From an uncultured Spirochaetota bacterium (lineage in GTDB: Bacteria; Spirochaetota; Brevinematia; Brevinematales; JAOACQ01): DNA of 64,000 bases. The stretch spans positions 174,206 through 238,205 of the forward strand of contig CAWIGG010000005.1 in NCBI GenBank assembly GCA_963835575.1, read 5' to 3'. The stretch's first letter is position 1, and every line of letters begins with the position of its first letter. This document shows positions 58,636-64,000 of this stretch, piece after piece. The notes under the pieces are model-generated. The model did no database searches. It worked only from the letters and a program-made list of their open reading frames with translations, and was not told where the DNA came from. A program made the position numbers and the translations under genes.

Positions 58636-59883
58636 TTACTCTACTTCATAGGGCCACCGGTTTATGCCGCCCAGGTCATAGACCCTGGTATATCCCAGTT
58701 TGGCCAATAATTCCGCCGCCCAGCGGCTGCGTACGCCGGTGGCGCAATAGACGATGATTTCCCGGTTCCGGTCGGGCACAAGGCTCTGTATTTTGTCCCG
58801 GATGTCGAATGTCGATAATAAAACGCTTCCCTTGATATGCTTTTCCCTGTACTCTTTTTCCGTGCGGACATCGATCAGGAGAGCGCCTTTTTCCATCTTT
58901 TCCCGAGCGACCTCCGGCGTGACAGAACGGATATCCGGGTTCAGCAAGGCGGTGAAGACAATTCCGTTCATCCCCACAGCCACGATCCGCCTGCCGTCGC
59001 ATGCCGCGGCTTTCAGATCGTCTTCCGACAGGGTTTGAAACTGGATGCATTTCCGGCAATCCGGCAATGTAACGATCGAGCCGTGGCTTCCCGCTGCAAC
59101 AGGCTGGGTCCCGTCCCATGCCGCTGTGTAAAGGCGGATGTTTTTGAAGTTATTTTTGTGGATGTATTCCAGGACCTGTACGGACCAATTGACGGCGTCG
59201 GCCGATTCGATGATTACCGGATAGGAGGGTTCCTTATTTATATAACCGACTATGAGGAATTTATTACTCATCCATTGAACGTCTTCCAATATTAAAGGCC
59301 GCGTATTATTCTGAATGACAGCCTTCGAAGGGGCCCAGTTTATTCCGTCGGAAGAAGTCAAAATTGTGGAATCATCCCCCACGGCCGCAAACACCTTCCC
59401 GTTAAAAGCCGCCGAATTGAGTCCCGCGGCTGTTCCGGATTCTGCCGCCTTCCAGCCCGTTCCATCCGCCGAAAACAGGACCGTTCCCTTTTCCCCGACG
59501 ATGATGGTCCTGCCCTGACCGCCGACAATGTGCCTGAGCGAATAGCGGGTACCGGAAGGGACATCCTTCCACATCATACCGTCGGGAGAGGCCAGGATTA
59601 CTCCATTGCCGCCGACCGCCAGGAACCGGCTTCCATCCCAGGCAACCCCGAAGAGCGGCCGGTCCGTTCCGGAAACACCATTGGTCCATATCAGTCCATC
59701 CCCGGAAGTCTTTACCAGGCCGTTTGCCCCAACCGCAACAAAGGTATTATTTCCGCAGACAATGGCGTATAGATCGCCGCTGCCTTTTACGCTTTGCCAG
59801 AATAAGTCATTGAATCCGAATGCGGGTGCCGCCGAGAGGAAAATTATAATAAATGATAGACAAGGCAATATTTTTTTAAACAT
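58636..59883 (-). CDS. Secreted beta-propeller-repeat protein fused to a C-terminal rhodanese domain
   Basis: The start is set at MFKKILPCL (AGGAAGGA SD). Repeats of the form F.AVG..G.I..S.DG..W recur about 7 times. The C-terminal rhodanese domain has LIDVRT..EY and the active-site loop YCATGVRS. Confidence 0.7.
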   Translation of the reverse strand: MFKKILPCLSFIIIFLSAAPAFGFNDLFWQSVKGSGDLYAIVCGNNTFVAVGANGLVKTSGDGLIWTNGVSGTDRPLFGVAWDGSRFLAVGGNGVILASPDGMMWKDVPSGTRYSLRHIVGGQGRTIIVGEKGTVLFSADGTGWKAAESGTAAGLNSAAFNGKVFAAVGDDSTILTSSDGINWAPSKAVIQNNTRPLILEDVQWMSNKFLIVGYINKEPSYPVIIESADAVNWSVQVLEYIHKNNFKNIRLYTAAWDGTQPVAAGSHGSIVTLPDCRKCIQFQTLSEDDLKAAACDGRRIVAVGMNGIVFTALLNPDIRSVTPEVAREKMEKGALLIDVRTEKEYREKHIKGSVLLSTFDIRDKIQSLVPDRNREIIVYCATGVRSRWAAELLAKLGYTRVYDLGGINRWPYEVE

Positions 59884-59961
59884 AAATCCTTCCTGAAAAA
59901 ATTTGCTCAAGGCTTAGTATAGACAATAAAGTTGTATATTCAATATAGTGAACTGTAAGAA

Positions 59962-61299
59962 TTACAAATTGGATATAATTGTACTGAATATACTGGTGTT
60001 GGTCCAAGGTGCAGCGTCATATCCTGTCCCGGAAGCAGGAATGTGAAGTATGCAGCTGGCGACATTGGAAAAACTGTCAGCTGCAATGACTGCCGGAGCT
60101 GTTATGGCCCTTATATTTAAAGATTTCAGGCTAACACAGTCTTTGAACGCCATGGTATTGATGTTCACGACGTTGCTTGACAGGGTCACATTGGTCAAAC
60201 CGGTACAGCTGTCGAAAAGATTAGCGTCTATAGTTACAACTTTACCGGGAATAACCATGCTTTTCAGGTCCATGCACCAATGGAAAGCATTATCCTGGAT
60301 TGTTGTAACGCTGCCGGGAATAATCAAGTTTGTAAGGCCGCAGGCATAGAAAGCGGAACTTCCGATTGTAGTCAAGCTGTCGGGGAGTGCCAGGCTTTTC
60401 AGAGCGCCGCACGAACCAAAACCGCCCCAGTCAATTCTGGTAATGCTGCCCGGAAGCTTGATGTTCTTTATTCCGGTGCAGAGATAGAATGCACACATGG
60501 AGATATTGGAAATACTGCCCGGTATGATTAAATTTGTCAGTCTTTGGCAGTCATAGAACGCATAAGCTCCGATTGCAAGAAGACCTTCCGGAAAAGCGAC
60601 ATTCAATAAATTTGTGTCATACATGAACGCGCTTCCGCCTATATTTGTGACGTGAGCCGGAATTGCTATGTTCGCGATGCCGACGCAGCAGTAAAACGCG
60701 AGATCGCCGATGGAAACAAGTGCGGATGGCAGCTTCAGGTTCGTTATACAGCAATTGCTGTAAAAAGCGCCGGGGCCTATATTGGTTACGCAGGACGGAA
60801 TGATAATCCCGGCCATCGCGGTCTGGTTGGAAAAACCGCCGTTTGTAACGGATGTTACCGGCAGTCCCAGGTGGGTTGATGGAATCACCGCCATGATTCC
60901 CGACGTGACGGCCGTTCCCTTGTCTACACAGTATTCGGTACCGCCGTTGATCAGCGTGAAATTCAATCCGGCGGTCGCGGGCAGCCAATAAGCGAAAACG
61001 GTTATATCCCCGGTCACAGGGGTACTGGCCATAAATTCCGAGCCGCCTCCGTTGGTTTGGGTAAACCATCCTATAAAAGCGTACTCGTTTCTAGTCGGTT
61101 CAGCCGGCAAAGCGTCAACTGTTGTTGATGGAGATGAGACCGTTTTGCTGGGAACAGGCGACCCGCCCTGGCTGTCAAAGGTCACGGAATAAGTGTATTT
61201 TTTATCTGTATTGCCTGGTCCTGAAGAGCAGGCGTAGAACGAAAGAAGTCCGAGAATGGAAAAGATCATAACAATGCCTTGAGATATCTTCTGAGACAT
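59962..61299 (-). CDS. Surface lipoprotein with a Listeria-Bacteroides-type repeat and BspA-like leucine-rich repeats
   Basis: The start is re-called at MSQKISQGIVMIFSILGLLSFYACSS (GGGAGG SD). The YSVTFDSQGGSPVP...YAFIGWFT repeat is present. About 10 units of ~23 aa follow, of the form IP.SVT.IG..AF..C..L..I. Confidence 0.75.
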   Translation of the reverse strand: MSQKISQGIVMIFSILGLLSFYACSSGPGNTDKKYTYSVTFDSQGGSPVPSKTVSSPSTTVDALPAEPTRNEYAFIGWFTQTNGGGSEFMASTPVTGDITVFAYWLPATAGLNFTLINGGTEYCVDKGTAVTSGIMAVIPSTHLGLPVTSVTNGGFSNQTAMAGIIIPSCVTNIGPGAFYSNCCITNLKLPSALVSIGDLAFYCCVGIANIAIPAHVTNIGGSAFMYDTNLLNVAFPEGLLAIGAYAFYDCQRLTNLIIPGSISNISMCAFYLCTGIKNIKLPGSITRIDWGGFGSCGALKSLALPDSLTTIGSSAFYACGLTNLIIPGSVTTIQDNAFHWCMDLKSMVIPGKVVTIDANLFDSCTGLTNVTLSSNVVNINTMAFKDCVSLKSLNIRAITAPAVIAADSFSNVASCILHIPASGTGYDAAPWTNTSIFSTIISNL

Positions 61300-61689
61300 A
61301 ATAACCTCCCTACTAATAATTCGAGATTTTCCAAACTGCCTGCCGCTTTTGAAAGCCTCTTCACTTCTTTTACAATTATAATAGTACAAAAACATTGTGT
61401 CAATCCAGTTTTGATTGTCGGCTCATCAAAAACTTCCTCCCTTCTTTATTTCTTCATTATCGGGGCATTATTCATCCTTTTTTTTCATAAAATCCAATGT
61501 CCCGGGCACTTCGGCCCTGCTCAGTGTAAACTCCGTCGAGGGGAAAAGGATGCCCTCTGAGGTTTTTTTTAATCGCTTGTCTTTGTAATTCCGATGGGCA
61601 TTCTTCAGGATATTTTGTAAGTTACCTTCTCTAATATATACCTTTCTCAGGTCACTGTCCATAGCTTTATTCGAAAGGCGGCCATCCTT

Positions 61690-63505
61690 GATACCGCTGA
61701 AAAATGCATTAACATACATTGCTGTAATTATATTAATGTGTCATAATATTTAACATAATTAATTGCAGGGTAATAAAATGAGTTTAAAAAGACATAGCCA
61801 GGATGAACTATATTCGGTAACTAATTTGATGTCGGATTTACTTGAAGAAACAAACCCATTAAAGATATTTTCCAGGGAAATATATCCCATATTTCATGAT
61901 GGGGATTTTAAACATTTATACTCCAGGAAAGGACGCAATGGAATATCACCGGCATTTCTATCAATGGTTACCATTCTGCAATATTTTGATTCTCTGTCAG
62001 ACTCAGAAGCAGCGGAAGCTGTGTATTTGCGGCTGGATTGGAAATACGCATTACATTTGCCGATCGAGAAAGTTTTCATTTTTGACTCTAGCACACTCTG
62101 TAATTTCAGAAAGCGTTTTCGGAATAATGGAGAAGAAAATAACGCCTTTAAGAAAATGGTGGAGTTTTGCCGGGAAAAAGGTTTGATTAAAAGTAATTCA
62201 CACCAGCGTATTGACGCGACTCATATTGTAAAACATTTAAACCGGATATCAACGACAGAACTACTCTTCAGAACTGTGCGAGTATTACTGGAAGTATTAG
62301 AAAGAAATAATCCCGTGTGGTATGAAGAAAATATTCCAGCGGATTTGATTGAACGCTACTCAAAGAAATTCAGTTCATTCGGGATGTCAAAGGGGAAGAG
62401 ATCGGACAAGCAGGCGGAGATTGTGGAAGATGGCTATCGAATAACGCGGATGATTGAGGGTTCTAAGATAGAAAATGAAGAAGTCTTGAAACAGCTAAAA
62501 ATAATGAAAACCGTATTTCAGGAAAATGTGATCATTCGAGAAAAAGAAGTAGGTGAAAAAGTGTTTATAGAAGTGGATGAAATAGAAAAGCCGATGCAGA
62601 GCGTAATTGACCCGCGGGATACAACCATTCAATTAGGAAAGAAAGGAAAAACAAGCTGGTCAGGCGAGAAATGCCATATCGTTGAAACAGCAAACAAAGG
62701 CGAGGTGAATTTCATAGTTGATATGATACCACAATCAAACAAGGAAAATGACAATAAAATATTACCGGAATTGGATAGAAGGAATGAAAATTCAAAATTA
62801 AATCCGAAGAAAATCTTTGCGGATAGCAATTATATCAGCAGCAGCGCGATTAAAGAATATGAAGATAAAGACCAGGTACTGATGGGATATATACAAAAAA
62901 CTTCAAACGAAGTTCCGGCAGAATTCAGATTGGATAAATTTTCAATAGATATTCAAAACCGGAAAGCTGTCTGTCCGGCAGGAAAGACGAATGATTCCTG
63001 GAATTTTAGTGAGAAAAGTAATTCGTATCAAGTGTCCTTTCACATGAAACATGCGGAAATTGTATAAATTATGGGTTATGTGTCAGAAGAACAAGTAAAA
63101 AGTGCGGGGGGCGAAAATTATGTATCACAAAAGAATACACAACTTTGTGCAAGCGGAGAGAAGAACAAAAGACCGATAAATTTAAAGAAGAAATGAAAGT
63201 TCGGGCACAAGTTGAATCGACGATAAGCGCACTGGTTCGATTTCATGGTTTAAGAATGATGAAATATAAAGGAGAATCAGGCCGTTCTCAGCAATATTAC
63301 ATGGCAGCCTGTGCTTTAAATTTAAAGAGATTTGTCAAAAAGTTAGTTTTAGAGATGAATTAAGGGAATTATGAAGTAGAATCATCTACTTTTATTTGGA
63401 TTTGGCGTCATTTTTGTTTTTGTGTCTTCAAGTGTTCAATTTTTTAAATCTTGAAGTTATCTAAGGAAATCGGTTTTTGTAAAGGTGCTATTTTTCAGCG
63501 GTATC
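61690..63505 (+). mobile_element. IS1182-like (IS5-superfamily) insertion sequence, 1816 bp
   Basis: The terminal IR is GATACCGCTGAAAAAT (61690-) and its reverse complement (-63505). A 6-bp direct duplication ATCCTT lies at 61684-61689 and 63506-63511. Confidence 0.8.
61778..63363 (+). pseudogene. IS1182-like transposase with one frameshift near 63035-63065
   Basis: The N-terminal module is GRNGISPAFLSMVTILQYFDSLSDSEAAEAVYLRLDWKYALHL. The frame ends ...SFHMKHAEIV*. The expected Cys-rich continuation ETCGNCINYGLC...KRREEQKTDKF...YMAACALNLKRFVKKL is in another frame and runs to 63363. Confidence 0.75.
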
Positions 63506-63693
63506 ATCCTTGGCGGCATGTATCTCTCTTCTATAATATATATAGCAGAATGCCATTGTCGATAGATTCAATCTTTAATAACTATTCTAAAAGCTGGAAA
63601 GGGAAAACCGCAGAGGGTTGCTACGTCTGGTAAACGGCTCTTTTATGATTAATTAGGCTCTTGATTGTATGATTATACTTTTTAGAAGTAGTC

Positions 63694-63737
63694 GGCCGGT
63701 CCCTGAGTAGCCCGAAGGGCGTATCGAAGGACCGGCT
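63694..63737. repeat. Hairpin GGCCGGTCC...GGACCGGC carrying the same CCTGAGTAGCCCGAAGGGCGTATCGAAGGA module
   Basis: The core matches 24049-24079 apart from a 1-nt indel. Different stem sequences enclose it. Confidence 0.65.
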
Positions 63738-63877
63738 GCGGGCAAAACTACGCCCTCTGTGGGATGCCCTGTGTTTCAATCCATAATTTAGGAAGTACCG
63801 CATCCGGAAAAGTTTATTCTATGCCCCGCCGGGGGACAATATTGAAGGAAAAATAAAAAAAAAGTAGATACAAAAGC

Positions 63878-63937
63878 GTCATTGCGAGCGTCATACTTGC
63901 TCCTTTGCCGCTGACTTCAGCGCGAAGCAATCTGTCG
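63878..63937. repeat. Third (partial) copy of the GTCATTGCGAGC / CGCGAAGCAATCTGTCG repeat family
   Basis: It shares both left half-sites with the permease-unit spacers. The DNA between the half-sites differs. The window ends before a right half could appear. Confidence 0.6.
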
Positions 63938-64000
63938 AAAAAATAAAGATGTTTTAATAAAAGAGAAGTACAAAAGCCCGGACACCGAGCGATGCACTGA

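Larger units (their letters stand above)
61468..63519 (-). pseudogene. Small hypothetical gene (76 codons when restored) split after codon 5 by the IS1182-like element
   Basis: ATG 63519-63517 gives MPPKD up to the ATCCTT duplication. The rest (GRLSNKAMDSDLRKVYIREG...DFMKKKDE*) continues in frame from 61689 down to 61468. The track ORF 61468-61719 borrows its first 10 codons from the IS end. Confidence 0.6.

Noticed and set aside
63740-63783. GGGCAAAACTACGCCCTCTGTGGGATGCCCTGTGTTTCAATCC, whose end resembles CRISPR repeat termini (GTTTCAATCC / ATTGAAAC)
   Set aside because: It is a single copy with no spacer-repeat periodicity and no cas genes in the window. That is insufficient for a CRISPR call.

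Overview
This is 64 kb of a moderately AT-rich bacterial chromosome. The gene content (LolA-like protein, beta-barrel, lipoprotein signals) suggests a diderm, sugar-fermenting organism, but the taxon cannot be determined from this window. All product calls come from motifs I recognise by eye; no searches were run.

Layout:
- 0-9 kb: signalling and housekeeping genes. These are a truncated membrane sensor, a CBS-GGDEF cyclase, a DEAD-box helicase, a serine acetyltransferase, a zinc-ribbon protein, a GIN-domain lipoprotein, a FapA/DUF342 protein and a VOC enzyme.
- 9-24 kb: a minus-strand transporter supercluster. It starts with TetR and a TerB-like gene. A consensus promoter then drives a membrane protein, a winged-helix regulator, a LolA-like protein, a frameshifted beta-barrel, one ABC ATPase and three tandem paralogous pairs of FtsX/MacB-type permeases separated by conserved structured spacers. 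A separate ABC-2 exporter follows. This is my best candidate for an undescribed system.
- 24-30 kb: a TPR protein, rpsA, hisF, accB and an aminotransferase.
- 30-42.3 kb: a phosphorolytic cellodextrin/cellobiose locus. It holds a sugar-binding-domain-GGDEF sensor, two GH94-type phosphorylases, a GH1 beta-glucosidase and a PfkB kinase freshly split by an intact IS5-family element.
- 42.5-44.4 kb: a class-C-like group II intron sitting just after a terminator hairpin, with a frameshifted RT/maturase.
- 44.7-53.8 kb: rpmF-plsX-fabG-fabF-rnc-yicC-gmk, then ppdK carrying a lysine/alanine-rich histone-H1-like tail.
- 53.9-63.6 kb: a mosaic accessory island. It holds an AT-rich orphan ORF, a decayed IS5 copy, a GH27-CBM2 lipoprotein, a propeller-rhodanese fusion, an LRR lipoprotein and an IS1182-like element inserted in a small gene.

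Several families of short palindromic repeats are scattered through the intergenic DNA. I saw no rRNA, tRNA or CRISPR array.
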